From an uncultured Methanomicrobiaceae archaeon (GTDB lineage: Archaea > Halobacteriota > Methanomicrobia > Methanomicrobiales > Methanoculleaceae), in the NCBI GenBank assembly GCA_963826525.1, contig CAWGXH010000004.1:1664001-1728000 (forward strand): a stretch of DNA of 64,000 nt, given 5' to 3'. The position numbers and the translations under genes are program-made. Positions 33,049 through 47,894 of this stretch are shown here, piece after piece (the stretch's first letter is position 1; every line of letters begins with the position of its first letter). The notes under the pieces are model-generated. The model saw only the letters and a list, made by a program, of their open reading frames with translations, did no database searches and was not told where the DNA came from.

Positions 33049-34209
33049 GTGCTGATTCTGGTCTACGATGTTGTAGTGGTGGGCGCTGGCCCGGCGGGAA
33101 GTGCTGCCGCCCGTTCCTGTGCCGAGCACGGGTTAAAGACACTTCTTGTCGAGGAGCACGCCGCCGTCGGGTATCCTGTCCAGTGTGCCGGTCTTCTGAG
33201 CACGGCGGCCTTCGAAGTATGCCGGGTATCCTCTCGTTCTATCCTGAACGAGATCCGTGGCGCCCGGATGGTATCGGGCATCGGCGGCGAGGTCTGTTTC
33301 GACGCCGGGAAGACGAAGGCTTACGTCGTCGACCGTGCTGTCCTCGACCGGGAGATGGCAGAAGAGGCCGCCCGTGCCGGTGCTGGGCTTCGCCTCAAAA
33401 CCTACGTTGCCGGGATCCGTGACGGAAACCTTCTGACCCGGGGGCTCGGCGGCCGCGAGGAGATACCGTTCCGTCTCCTGATCGCCGCAGACGGGCCGCG
33501 GAGTTCCATCGCCCGGATGCTCGGTATGGAGCGGTCGCCGATCTACCTCTCCGGTGTCCAGGCCGATCTGCCGTGCGAGATAGACCCGCGCTATGTCGAG
33601 CTGCACCCGAATGCCTCGCCCGACTTCTTCGGGTGGGTGATACCGGTGAACGGGCGGCGTGCCAGGGTCGGCCTCTGCAGCGGCGCTTTTACGAAGGAGC
33701 GTTTTGCTGCTTTCGTCTCGCAGTATCCGGCAGGGTGCGTTCATCTGGTCTCGGGCACCATACCGCTCGGGGTGATGCCCCGGACGTACGGCCACAAAAC
33801 TCTCTTTGTCGGGGACGCGGGCGGTTTTGCCAAACCCACGTCCGGCGGAGGTGTCTATACCGGTGTCCGCTCCGCAGAGCACGCAGCTCTCGTGGCATCG
33901 GCATGCTGTAAAAAAGGGACGTTCGACGACGGCGCCCTGCGGGAGTATGAAACCCGGTGGCGGCAGGATTTCGGAAAGGAGCTCGCCGTGGGGTTAAAAC
34001 TTCTCAAAATACGGCAGGCAATGACCCCGGAAGAGATAGACCGCCTCTGCAGAGTGATGGACGATCCCGATGTCCTTGAGACGATTGTGCGGTTCGGGGA
34101 TATGGATCGCCCGAGTGCCCTGGTGCGCCGCCTCGCGGTAAAACCTTCGATACTCAAAGCGGCAGGCGTTATTTTTGCCTCGGGCATCCGACATATTCTG
34201 AAAAACTAA
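33049..34209 (+). CDS. Geranylgeranyl reductase family FAD oxidoreductase
   Basis: GAGPAGS, PVQCAG, ADG, FFGWVIP and GDAGGFAKPTSGGG motifs. Confidence 0.88.
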   Translation: MLILVYDVVVVGAGPAGSAAARSCAEHGLKTLLVEEHAAVGYPVQCAGLLSTAAFEVCRVSSRSILNEIRGARMVSGIGGEVCFDAGKTKAYVVDRAVLDREMAEEAARAGAGLRLKTYVAGIRDGNLLTRGLGGREEIPFRLLIAADGPRSSIARMLGMERSPIYLSGVQADLPCEIDPRYVELHPNASPDFFGWVIPVNGRRARVGLCSGAFTKERFAAFVSQYPAGCVHLVSGTIPLGVMPRTYGHKTLFVGDAGGFAKPTSGGGVYTGVRSAEHAALVASACCKKGTFDDGALREYETRWRQDFGKELAVGLKLLKIRQAMTPEEIDRLCRVMDDPDVLETIVRFGDMDRPSALVRRLAVKPSILKAAGVIFASGIRHILKN

Positions 34210-34272
34210 AATTGGAATAACCCTTCGTAACACTTTTATATCTGGGTGTGCTACTATCTCGCTGGTGCTACA

Positions 34273-34917
34273 ATGCATATACCTGATGCGTTTATTCCGA
34301 TCGGGCAGGCTGCCGTATACTGGATCATTGCCCTGATCTTCATCGCTCTCTCATTGAGATGGGCACGAAAGGAGCTTACCGAGGAGAAAATCCCGCTCGT
34401 AGCTGTTCTGGCTGCAGGAATCTTTGCAATTCAGGCCTTCAACCTGCCGGTGGGTATGGGGACGAGCGGCCACCTCGTGGGAGGGGCCCTTGCCGCGATT
34501 GTCCTGGGCTCTCCCTTTGCTGCGGTCTTTATCCTCACCCTGGTCTTGATCATCCAGGGCGTATTCTTCGGCGACGGTGGTATCACAACCATGGGCGCGA
34601 ATATCATAAACATGGGTGTTATCGGTGGTTTTGTCGGGTATTACGGATTCACGTCCTTAAAGAGCATAACCGGAAACACGTATATCTCCGCCGGGATTGC
34701 CGCCTGGTTTGCCTGTCTCATCCCCGCACTTGCGGCATCGGTCGAGATGTTCATCGCAGGCACGTTCCCCCTCGTTCCGGGCCTTCTCGCCATGGGTACC
34801 TACCATGCGGCCATCGGCATCATCGAAGGCGGGATCACCGCAGGAGCACTCTATCTTATATACCATGTCCGTCCCGATCTGATGTCGCTGGAGAGCGAGA
34901 GCGGGGTGGCGGCATGA
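34273..34917 (+). CDS. cbiM: Co/Ni ECF transporter S component
   Basis: N-terminal MHIPD, GTSGHLVG and GDGGITTMGAN. Confidence 0.92.
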   Translation: MHIPDAFIPIGQAAVYWIIALIFIALSLRWARKELTEEKIPLVAVLAAGIFAIQAFNLPVGMGTSGHLVGGALAAIVLGSPFAAVFILTLVLIIQGVFFGDGGITTMGANIINMGVIGGFVGYYGFTSLKSITGNTYISAGIAAWFACLIPALAASVEMFIAGTFPLVPGLLAMGTYHAAIGIIEGGITAGALYLIYHVRPDLMSLESESGVAA

Positions 34918-35249
34918 TGGAGACCAGGATGTTTATCGCTATCGGGATCGCTCTTGCGATCATCATCGGCGTTGCGGCGGTATTCCTCGCATCGAGCGAT
35001 CCGGATGGGCTGGAAAGCACGGCTCTCTTTGTGCAGGGCGACAAGACATTGACAGGTTCGTCCCCCGAAGATGGCAATCCCGAAGCGGTCGGGTCCGGCA
35101 CATTTGCCTATGAAGCGCCGATGCCTGATTATGCTCTGGGGGAGGAACTGGGGTCTTTTGGCGCAATTATTGCCATAATCGTTGGCATCCTGGTCGCCTT
35201 TGGCCTTGTCTTCGGCATCAGTAAAGCGGTTGCCACATCAAAACAATGA
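34914..35249 (+). CDS. PDGLE-domain auxiliary component of the Co/Ni transporter
   Basis: TM helix, ASSDPDGLE, APMPDY, TM helix; overlaps the cbiM stop. Confidence 0.88.
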   Translation: MMETRMFIAIGIALAIIIGVAAVFLASSDPDGLESTALFVQGDKTLTGSSPEDGNPEAVGSGTFAYEAPMPDYALGEELGSFGAIIAIIVGILVAFGLVFGISKAVATSKQ

Positions 35250-35283
35250 TTTATCTCCTATTTTTCCAAAGTAGTGATTACAG

Positions 35284-36117
35284 ATGCATCTGATCGAGAC
35301 TCGGAATCTCTGTTACTCCTACCGGGGTACTGACCTGGCCCTGAACAATGTCAACTTCATTGCGGGCAGGAAGAAACGGATCGCAGTAATTGGAGCGAAC
35401 GGTGCAGGAAAGAGCACGCTCTTCAAGCATTTTAACGGCATTCTCAAGCCAACATCCGGGGAGGTGCTCATCAGAGGCGAACCGATCACGAGACAGAATA
35501 TCAGGGAGGTGCGGAAGTTCGTCGGCATCGTCTTCCAGAACCCTGACGACCAGATCTTCTCGCCGACCGTCGAGCAGGACGTGGCATTCGGGCCGGCAAA
35601 CCTGGGGCTCGACAGTGAGACCGTCCAGCACCGTGTGGATGAGGCGCTTCGCATTGTCGGAATCGAAGATCTCCGGAATCGTGTCCCTCATCACCTGAGT
35701 GGAGGGGAGAAGAAACGAGTCTCCATTGCAGGGATCATAGCCATGGAGCCCCAGGTGATGATCATGGACGAACCGACGGCGGGCCTTGACCCGCAGGGCG
35801 TCTCCGATCTGGTCGATTTCATCAATACGCTACCGGAAAAATATGGCATGACGGTGATCATCTCTACGCACCATCTCGAGATCGTTCCTGAGATTGCAGA
35901 CGAGATCTGGATCATGAACCGGGGGTCTGTTGTCGGTAGAGGGACCCTTCAGGAGGTATTCGTGCAGGAAGATCTGTTGAACTCCGCACGCCTGCAGGTG
36001 CCCGTGCTCCCGCGACTGATTCGTTCGCTCCAGCGTCAGGGAGTGGATATTCGGATGGGATACACGTATGATGATGTGGAGGCGGCACTTTCGGAGAAGC
36101 TCAAGGGATCGCCATGA
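35284..36117 (+). CDS. cbiO: ECF transporter ATPase
   Basis: GANGAGKST, FQNPDDQ, LSGGE and DEPTAGLD motifs. Confidence 0.92.
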   Translation: MHLIETRNLCYSYRGTDLALNNVNFIAGRKKRIAVIGANGAGKSTLFKHFNGILKPTSGEVLIRGEPITRQNIREVRKFVGIVFQNPDDQIFSPTVEQDVAFGPANLGLDSETVQHRVDEALRIVGIEDLRNRVPHHLSGGEKKRVSIAGIIAMEPQVMIMDEPTAGLDPQGVSDLVDFINTLPEKYGMTVIISTHHLEIVPEIADEIWIMNRGSVVGRGTLQEVFVQEDLLNSARLQVPVLPRLIRSLQRQGVDIRMGYTYDDVEAALSEKLKGSP

Positions 36118-36929
36118 TCGATGAACTCTACGACATCGAACGCATGGCGTATCGTAACAGTTCGGTCCACCGCCTGGACGCGAGAGTAAAGATTCTCATC
36201 TGCTTTGCATGCATCATTGCCGTTGTGGCATTCCCATACTCCACGCAAGTTTACCTTTTCGGGGGAGTGATGTTCCTCTTCTTCCTCTGTCTGTGGGCGT
36301 TCTCCCGCTTGCCCCCGCAGGTTTATCTGAAGCGGTTCCTCATGGTCCTTCCATTTGGATTTTTCATCATATTCTTCCAGATCTTCTTTGAGAATTCGCG
36401 ATATTCCAGTTTTAACGCGATCCTCGACCTGCCCTTCGGGATTCACATATTCGCCGAATCGGTGGAGTTCGCCACTATCCTCGGGGCCAAGTTTCTGGTC
36501 TGCATCTCCTTCATCATCCTGCTCTCCTCGACGACCAAGATGCAGGATCTTCTGGATGGTGCCGGGAGGCTGGGTCTGCCGCCTGAGTTTGCGCTTGTTC
36601 TGGGCATGATGATGCGGTATCTCTTCGTCTTTGCCAGCATGTTCAACCGGGTGAAGCATGCACTTGAAACCCGGTGCTTCGACATATTCGACGGTTCCTT
36701 GCCGTATACGTATCGTCTCAGGCAGATGAGTTATACAATCGGGTCGGTCTTTATCAGGTCGTTCGAGCAGGGAGAACGCACATATATTAGCATGCTCTGT
36801 CGGGGCTATGGAAAGGAGTCCTATATTTTTCTTGCAAAAAAGCCTCTGCGCCCTGGGGAATGGACGCTCCTGGTGATGGCATTCGTCTTCATCGTGACGG
36901 TCTCCGTCAGTACCTATCTGCTTGCATAA
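36114..36929 (+). CDS. cbiQ: ECF transporter T component
   Basis: HRLDARVK, RYLFV, ETR and LCRGY coupling motifs. Confidence 0.9.
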   Translation: MIDELYDIERMAYRNSSVHRLDARVKILICFACIIAVVAFPYSTQVYLFGGVMFLFFLCLWAFSRLPPQVYLKRFLMVLPFGFFIIFFQIFFENSRYSSFNAILDLPFGIHIFAESVEFATILGAKFLVCISFIILLSSTTKMQDLLDGAGRLGLPPEFALVLGMMMRYLFVFASMFNRVKHALETRCFDIFDGSLPYTYRLRQMSYTIGSVFIRSFEQGERTYISMLCRGYGKESYIFLAKKPLRPGEWTLLVMAFVFIVTVSVSTYLLA

Positions 36930-37035
36930 TACCGCTTCTGCCTCCGACCCGGGCAGCCGGAGCTGGAGCACTGCCCGATGCGACCGATGCTCGACGTTCT
37001 CGTTCAGCACTATTATGTAGATTCCCATGTGATCC

Positions 37036-37350
37036 ATGTATATGACGAGCGAGTTTGGGCGAGGGTTCGTGGTCAATCTGATGCTGCTTGCAAAGCACTT
37101 CGGGCTGCCGCCTGAGAGAGCATTCTACGGCGCTTCGGATCACCTCGACGACCTGATACTCCCTGAGGTATTCCGTGGAACCGAGATCGAAACGCTTGTG
37201 GAGCGGCTCCGCAAGCAGGTGATCTGGCACCAGCCCGGCACGATGGACAGAGAGGATGCGGCTGACATCCGAAGGCTCATAAACCGGCTTGCGATCGCGA
37301 TCGATAAGCACCTCGGCATTCCCGATCCGGATGCCGGAAAGTATGACTGA
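37036..37350 (+). CDS. Small hypothetical protein
   Basis: 104 aa ORF filling the intergenic gap with host-like codon usage; no motif recognised. Confidence 0.65.
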   Translation: MYMTSEFGRGFVVNLMLLAKHFGLPPERAFYGASDHLDDLILPEVFRGTEIETLVERLRKQVIWHQPGTMDREDAADIRRLINRLAIAIDKHLGIPDPDAGKYD

Positions 37351-37454
37351 ACATTCGCTTTCGATCAGCGGACACCTATAAGTGCTTATAAAACCAATAT
37401 ATACTGTGAATTTTGTTACGATTCAGGACGCTGCTCTTCTAGCGGAGGTCACAG

Positions 37455-41840
<4,386 letters not shown>

Positions 41841-41876
41841 CTCCTTCTTTTCAGTGAGCGTACCCTAAAAGAGATT

Positions 41877-42092
41877 TTAGTAAGTTGGTTTCTGGAAGTA
41901 CGGGAGCGCCGCAGGCGTGTATCGTTCGACCTCCGCGAAGAAGTATCGTGACAACTCCTGGTCGGAGTCGTTGATCGCCTGCTGCAGTGTCCGTGAGAGC
42001 CACCCCTTTATCTCCTGGTTCTGATCCATCGTGTTCATGACGACGACGACAGCTTCGTCCACATCGGTTTTATCCTTCCAACGGTAAGGCAT
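41877..42092 (-). CDS. Small hypothetical protein
   Basis: 71 aa ORF with GAGGTGA SD and an upstream TTTATAA. Confidence 0.7.
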   Translation of the reverse strand: MPYRWKDKTDVDEAVVVVMNTMDQNQEIKGWLSRTLQQAINDSDQELSRYFFAEVERYTPAALPYFQKPTY

Positions 42093-42308
42093 GCTTTTTC
42101 ACCTCTACGGGGTGTATGTATCCGGTTCGGTTATAAAACATTTGTGGGAGTTCCGACCCGGGAATCGGGCTCTTCCGTTCCGGGCGCAGGGTGCCTCTCC
42201 TGGATGAAGCCGCTCTGCTCTTCAGAGATGTTGTGCGGTATGCGGGGGCTTTTAGTAGGATAGGGGAGAAGGAAACTTTATGAAGCCTCTGCTGAAGGTG
42301 GTGGACCT

Positions 42309-42722
42309 GTGCTGAGAAGGACGATCCGTCTTGAAACCCACGGCGAAGGGGATATCGTCGATCTCACGCCGCACGTTGAGCGTGTCGTGCGCGAGAGCGG
42401 CGTTCTGGACGGGCTTGTGAATATCTTCATCCCCGGATCCACCGCAGCGGTGACGACCATCGAGTACGAGGCAGGTGTCCTTGCCGATCTTGCCCGGGCA
42501 CTCTCGGTGATTGCTCCCGGCGACATCCCCTACGCTCATGACCGGGCATGGGGTGACGGGAACGGACGTTCTCACGTGAAGGCAGCCGTCGTCGGTCCTT
42601 CAGTCACAGTTCCGGTGATCGAGGGCGATCTCGGGTGCGGAACCTGGCAGCAGATCGTCCTTCTGGAACTTGATGTCCGGCCTGTCAGGAACCGGACGAT
42701 TATCGTCACGGTTACGGATTAG
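42309..42722 (+). CDS. YjbQ/UPF0047 family protein
   Basis: GSTAAVTTIEYE, NGRSHVKA and GTWQQIVLLELD motifs. Confidence 0.9.
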   Translation: MLRRTIRLETHGEGDIVDLTPHVERVVRESGVLDGLVNIFIPGSTAAVTTIEYEAGVLADLARALSVIAPGDIPYAHDRAWGDGNGRSHVKAAVVGPSVTVPVIEGDLGCGTWQQIVLLELDVRPVRNRTIIVTVTD

Positions 42723-42889
42723 TATCGCATGATGTGGTGACTGCCTGACAAAAAGTGGGAGTATAGGGGTGGTTGTTTTCAAGCGAGGGCACGAGAATAC
42801 GGTGGTACTCCGGAAGTGCGTATCCGCATCTCCTCTTCTCGCACGTGACTGCTCCCACCCGACGGTTCCTGTACAAAACGGTAACCGGT

Positions 42890-43153
42890 TCAGTCGAGGG
42901 GAACGGTCTCGAGTTGCGACACCAGCTCCCAGATGCGCGTCCGGGCGTGGACCGGCATATTGGGGTCGTTGCTGATCTCGTCGATCATGGATATGGCCGT
43001 CGCAGCGCGAAGGCCGATGCTCTTTGAATTGTCCTGGAGGACGGATTTCGTTTCATCTGCAACACGTCGGATATTTCTCGGGATGGTACTATCTTCGGTG
43101 ATATTCTGTAACATTTGGATACAAACTCGTATTGTCTCATCGGGACTTGGCAT
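42890..43153 (-). CDS. UPF0147 family protein
   Basis: IPRNIRR and [18 protein letters not shown]. Confidence 0.9.
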   Translation of the reverse strand: MPSPDETIRVCIQMLQNITEDSTIPRNIRRVADETKSVLQDNSKSIGLRAATAISMIDEISNDPNMPVHARTRIWELVSQLETVPLD

Positions 43154-43218
43154 ATTATCACCCCTTTATTATTAATTCCATCCCGACATAAATAAGTTGA
43201 TAAAGGAAGCTTGGAAGC

Positions 43219-43596
43219 ATGACAGCAGAGAAGGCTGACGAGGTTATGGCTGAGTACCTCCTTAAAGGGGGGAAAATGCTCTCAAAGAGCTGTAAAACGT
43301 GTGGATTCCCTCTCTTTGAATATAAGGGAGAAACGATCTGTGTCGTATGCCCGGGAGAAGGCGAGGCTGCCGAAGAGATCCCGCCGGTACCAGGCGTAGC
43401 CCCGGCGCAGCCCGTGAAAGAGGCACCGCAGGGAATTGCCGCTGCACCGTATGACCCTTGCGCATCCGAGCTGGAACGCACCCTGGTTGGCCTCTGCGAG
43501 CGCATCCGGACGGAGCCGCGGTCTGATGAGTGCCTTCGGCTGATGAAGGCCGTCAGGGCCGGCGCCGAGGCGCTCTCACTCCTTCGTCACTGGTAG
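43219..43596 (+). CDS. UPF0148 / autoantigen p27-like Zn-ribbon protein
   Basis: MAEYLLKGGKMLSKSCKTCGFPLF...CVVC; divergent from the UPF0147 gene. Confidence 0.85.
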   Translation: MTAEKADEVMAEYLLKGGKMLSKSCKTCGFPLFEYKGETICVVCPGEGEAAEEIPPVPGVAPAQPVKEAPQGIAAAPYDPCASELERTLVGLCERIRTEPRSDECLRLMKAVRAGAEALSLLRHW

Positions 43597-45854
43597 GGGC
43601 GCCGGGCGAGATCCCATAGAGCTTCGGCGGTCTTCTCTCCGATCCCCCGCACGGCAACAAGATCGGTGATGTCCGCCTCGATAACCGCCTTCAGCGAGCC
43701 GAAATGCTCAAGGAGCAACCGGGCCTGCTTAAGGCCGATGTTCGGGAATGACGCTATTATGTACTCCTGCTCCTCCCGCCGGGAGCGGTACGATTTCCGG
43801 GGATGCATTTTCCTCTCCCCCCGCTCTCCTTCTTCGCGCTGCGCAAGGACGTAGAGCATATTCGCCGTATCGTCCGCATCTCGGGAGAAGAGCAGGGTCA
43901 CCCCGAGATCCACGGTTATCGCAACGAGCGTGCCCCGGATAGCGTTCGGGTGAATATTCCGCACCGTGTAGATGTCCCCTCCCTCAACGATCAGAATTGG
44001 GCGGGGCACCGCCTCGGCGAGCGCTTTAACCTGGCCGAAGAGATCTCTCTCCACCAGGGTATCGACAAAGTCCCGGTCGGTCTTCCGCTCGACGAGAATG
44101 CGATCTCCTATTGCGTAATCGCCCTGTTCCAGGCGGGAGAGATCGATCGATGCCCCGAGTTCGTGCAACCGCTCAACGACCCTTGAGGACATCTCCCGGT
44201 CGTCGACGGTGATCGCAGGGCCTGGTGCGACGAATTCGGTAAAACTCGTCTGCTTCGTAGAAGACGGCAGAGGAAGGAGGTGTGATTGATCCGGGGCGGC
44301 GAGGGGCGACGGAGTGGGCGCGCTCATATTCCGAATGCCCGAGACCATCGCCTTCTCCCGGTTCTGGCTGACATACCGGAACGTTTCGTCGCTCGTTCCT
44401 TTCGCCACCAGCACGACGATCTTCCCGGCACCGCTTCGGCCGGTTCTGCCCTTCCGCTGGATGCTCCGGATCTCGGACGGAACCGCCTCGTAAAAGACGA
44501 CCATATCAGTCGAGGGGACGTCAAGTCCCTCCTCACCGACGGATGTTGCGATCAGCACTTTGAATTCGCCGGCACGGAACCGGGCGAGCGCCTCTATCTG
44601 TTTCTTCTGGGAGAGCCCCTTCTCCGAATCCTTTGTTGCCTGTCCGACGAACCGCTCGCAATCGATGCCGCCGGCAGTGATGGCGTTTACGAGGTTCTGG
44701 ACGGTATCGCGATAGGTCGCAAAGACGATGATCCGGCTCTCGGGGTATGCCGCAAGTTGTGCACGGACGAGTTCCAGCGTGATGGCGACTTTCGGGTGGA
44801 GTTCTTCCGTCCACTCCCGCGACCGTTTCACGAGATCGAGGAAGGTTGCATCGTTCACGAGCCTTTTTGCCGCCTTGCTCCCCGTCGTGGAGCGCCCCTC
44901 CGCCCCGAGCCGGTCGAGGTAGAGCCGGAGAGCGACGCTTCCCTGTGTCTCGGTGAGCGATATCGCATGGCGGAGTTTCATGCACTCCGCGTGAAGCGAA
45001 GCCGCCATGAATGCCGCCTGGTCACGGGATCGGATCCGCTCCTGAATCGCTGCGTTCAGCTGATTGAGCGCCCGCATAGAGAGGTTCTGGGCTTTCGGAA
45101 CGTGAAAGCCGACCTCGGCAAGTTTCCCAAGGCGTGATTCGACGAGCGCCCGAAGGTCTGCGAGTGCCTCTGTGAGCTCTTCGGGGAGGTGGACGTCGAT
45201 GTACTGAACGTCCCGCTCGTGGATATAGGGTCGGACGTCTTCGTCGGTTTCGATGCGCGACTCCACGGCACTGATACCGAGGTTCCCGCAGACCTCCTGG
45301 ACCTTTGCGGCATCCCCGCCGGGAGATGCGGTCATCGCCAGAAGAAGCGGTTCAGCGGCAGTTGTAACGTAGTGGTTCGCGAGAAAGACGTAGGCGTAGT
45401 GGCCCACCGCCCGGTGGCACTCGTCGACCACGAGAAGCGAGACATCGCCAAGGGAGTATCTGCCTGCAATGCAGTCGTTCTTGATCACCTGCGGGGTGGC
45501 AAAGCAGATGCGGCACCGTTCCCATGCAGTCGCGCGTTCGCCTGGCGGCGTTTCCCCGGTGAACATGGCAAAATCCAGATCGTCAGGCTCGCCCCCGCCG
45601 TTCGCGAGCAAAAACTTCCGAAAGAAACGGTAGTGCTGCTCCACGAGCGGTTTTGTGGGTGCAAGCATCAGCACCCGGCCACTGTGTGAGTAGAGGCGGG
45701 ATGCTGCAACCAGAAGAGCGACGGCTGTCTTCCCGAGGCCCGTCGGAAGGACGACCATCGTGTTGCCGTCAAGTGCCCGGAGAGCGATCGAGAGCTGGTA
45801 GCGTCGCTCCTCGAGGCTCTCCGGCCTGATCAACGGATGAGAGATGCACTTCAT
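43587..45854 (-). CDS. hef: Hef helicase-nuclease (FANCM/XPF)
   Basis: PTGLGKT, DECH, TASPG, QRKGRTGR, ERCC4 nuclease GDY...VERK and HhH repeats. Confidence 0.93.
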   Translation of the reverse strand: MKCISHPLIRPESLEERRYQLSIALRALDGNTMVVLPTGLGKTAVALLVAASRLYSHSGRVLMLAPTKPLVEQHYRFFRKFLLANGGGEPDDLDFAMFTGETPPGERATAWERCRICFATPQVIKNDCIAGRYSLGDVSLLVVDECHRAVGHYAYVFLANHYVTTAAEPLLLAMTASPGGDAAKVQEVCGNLGISAVESRIETDEDVRPYIHERDVQYIDVHLPEELTEALADLRALVESRLGKLAEVGFHVPKAQNLSMRALNQLNAAIQERIRSRDQAAFMAASLHAECMKLRHAISLTETQGSVALRLYLDRLGAEGRSTTGSKAAKRLVNDATFLDLVKRSREWTEELHPKVAITLELVRAQLAAYPESRIIVFATYRDTVQNLVNAITAGGIDCERFVGQATKDSEKGLSQKKQIEALARFRAGEFKVLIATSVGEEGLDVPSTDMVVFYEAVPSEIRSIQRKGRTGRSGAGKIVVLVAKGTSDETFRYVSQNREKAMVSGIRNMSAPTPSPLAAPDQSHLLPLPSSTKQTSFTEFVAPGPAITVDDREMSSRVVERLHELGASIDLSRLEQGDYAIGDRILVERKTDRDFVDTLVERDLFGQVKALAEAVPRPILIVEGGDIYTVRNIHPNAIRGTLVAITVDLGVTLLFSRDADDTANMLYVLAQREEGERGERKMHPRKSYRSRREEQEYIIASFPNIGLKQARLLLEHFGSLKAVIEADITDLVAVRGIGEKTAEALWDLARRPYQ

Positions 45855-47581
45855 GCAGAAAGGTCGTGGAAAGTCACGGTACCTGCGATGAGCGAGCAGA
45901 TAATCTCCGGCACCTGACCGAGTGGAATGCGCACCTGGTTCATGCTGTCGCGATCGCGAATGGTAATGGTATCATCCTCTCTGGTGTCGTAATCGACGGT
46001 GATCGCAAAGGGGGTGCCGATCTCATCCTGACGGCGGTACCGCCTCCCGATTGCACCCGAATCGTCGTACTGAGCGACGATCCCCCGCTGTCCGAGCGTA
46101 TCCGCAATCTGCCGGGCGATGAGATCGAGTCCGTCACGGTTCATCAGCGGGAAGACCGCCACCTTCACCGGAGCGACGGCAGGAGGCAGCCGGAGGACTC
46201 TGCGCAGTTCGTCCTCGACCTCTTCCTCGGCGTAGGCGTGCTCGAGGACGACGTACATCATCCGGTCGATGCCATATGAGGGTTCGATGACGTGCGGCAT
46301 GACCTCCTCGCCCCGGACCTCCACCTCTTCCTCCCGGATCTGGTAGAGGTCGGCGGGGACGAAGATCTCTTCGCCTTCGACCGTCACCGTTACACCATCA
46401 GGGCCTGGTGTCGCTTCTGCCATGGCATCGGCGATTGCCTTGGCCTTACCCCGGTACTTCGGCCCGAGCACGCCCATGTCGGGAACGATACGCTTTTGAA
46501 GGGTTTTCCTGGCCTCTTCGTAGGGTATGAAGGCCGTGAAGGACGAACTGCTGGTTTTGGAGTGCGCCCGGAGATCGTAATCGGTCCGATCAGCGATGCC
46601 GACTATCTCCACCCAGCCGAAGCGCCCCGAGAAGACCTCGGCGTCCCAGCAGTCCATTGCGTAGTGAGCGCGTTCGTCGGGCATATGCTGGCGGAACCGC
46701 AGTCTCTCCGGATCGACGCCGATCGTCACCAGCAGCTCGTGGGTGAGGGCGATGTAGTAGGCGACGTATTCGTTTGCCACCACCCCTTCGTCCACAGCGT
46801 TTCGCATGGTCTTATAGACAGGGGGCTGACCCGTCTCCTGCAGACTGTAGGTGAGCAGCGGCGCCTCGTAATCAGCGTAGCGGTGGAAGGAGGGGTGCTG
46901 TTTTTCGTCAGGATGAACGAAGATCTCGGCCTCCGCCTGCGAGAACTCACGAAGCCGGATCATACCCTGCCTCGGCGAGATCTCGTTCCGGTATGACTTA
47001 CCGATCTGAACCGCACCGAACGGGAGTTTGTCGCGGTAAAAGCGCAGCAGACGTGCAAAATCGGTGAAGATCCCCTGGGCGGTCTCTGGCCGGAGGTATC
47101 CTGTCCGCTGTGATCCCGGGCCGATAGTGGTCTCAAACATCAGATTGAAGTTAAAGATGTCTGTCTCTCCCATCACTTCACCGCATGAGGGGCAGGGCAG
47201 CTCGTAGATCTTTGCCTTGAGAACCTCAGCGGAGAGGGCGCCTGCCCCCTCGACCCCATGCTCTTCGGCGATGTGATCGGCACGCAGGTACTCTCTGCAG
47301 TGGGGGCACTGGCACATCTTATCAGCGAACTCTTTCACATGACCCGATGCAACGTAGATATCTTCCGCCCCGACGGTGGGGCACTCGATCTCGTAGTACC
47401 CTTCCTGGATGATGTAGAAGTTGCGCCAGACGTTCTCGACGTTTCTCTTCATCATCGCCCCGAGAGGGCCGTAGTCGATGAAACCGGCAACCGATCCATA
47501 GATCTCCGAGGAGGGCCATACAAAGCCACGGCGCTTCGCAACCTCCATGACTTTTTCGTAGATATCGTTCATCGCGGTCAT
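45851..47581 (-). CDS. glyS: Glycyl-tRNA synthetase (dimeric type)
   Basis: YLRPETAQG, RNEISPRQG, IEPSYGIDR and IGRRYRRQDEIGTP motifs. Confidence 0.96.
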   Translation of the reverse strand: MTAMNDIYEKVMEVAKRRGFVWPSSEIYGSVAGFIDYGPLGAMMKRNVENVWRNFYIIQEGYYEIECPTVGAEDIYVASGHVKEFADKMCQCPHCREYLRADHIAEEHGVEGAGALSAEVLKAKIYELPCPSCGEVMGETDIFNFNLMFETTIGPGSQRTGYLRPETAQGIFTDFARLLRFYRDKLPFGAVQIGKSYRNEISPRQGMIRLREFSQAEAEIFVHPDEKQHPSFHRYADYEAPLLTYSLQETGQPPVYKTMRNAVDEGVVANEYVAYYIALTHELLVTIGVDPERLRFRQHMPDERAHYAMDCWDAEVFSGRFGWVEIVGIADRTDYDLRAHSKTSSSSFTAFIPYEEARKTLQKRIVPDMGVLGPKYRGKAKAIADAMAEATPGPDGVTVTVEGEEIFVPADLYQIREEEVEVRGEEVMPHVIEPSYGIDRMMYVVLEHAYAEEEVEDELRRVLRLPPAVAPVKVAVFPLMNRDGLDLIARQIADTLGQRGIVAQYDDSGAIGRRYRRQDEIGTPFAITVDYDTREDDTITIRDRDSMNQVRIPLGQVPEIICSLIAGTVTFHDLSA

Positions 47582-47894
47582 AGTCCTGCAGTATAATTGA
47601 CTTCGGATGATTATAAGGATAGTTCCGCTCTCCCGGGCTGTACATTCTTATCGCAAATGGAAGCATTTTGCCCGAATATCCCCAAAAACTCTCTCGAACC
47701 GGATCAGATTCGTCTCATCCGCCGAAACCAGATTTCAATCCCGGTAAAATATATGGCAAGTTATATATCTGATGAGTTGTAATGTAGGGAACGTTACGTC
47801 CCCAGAGTGGGATAAGGTTAAATACGATGGGCAGTAGTGGATGTCACTTGCTCTGCCTGTGAGAGGTAACTGATTCGGAGAAGAGAGAACGGCC

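Noticed and set aside
34200-34272. Cobalamin riboswitch upstream of cbiM
   Set aside because: The gap is only about 60 nt with a TATA-like TTTTATAT; no B12-box is present.
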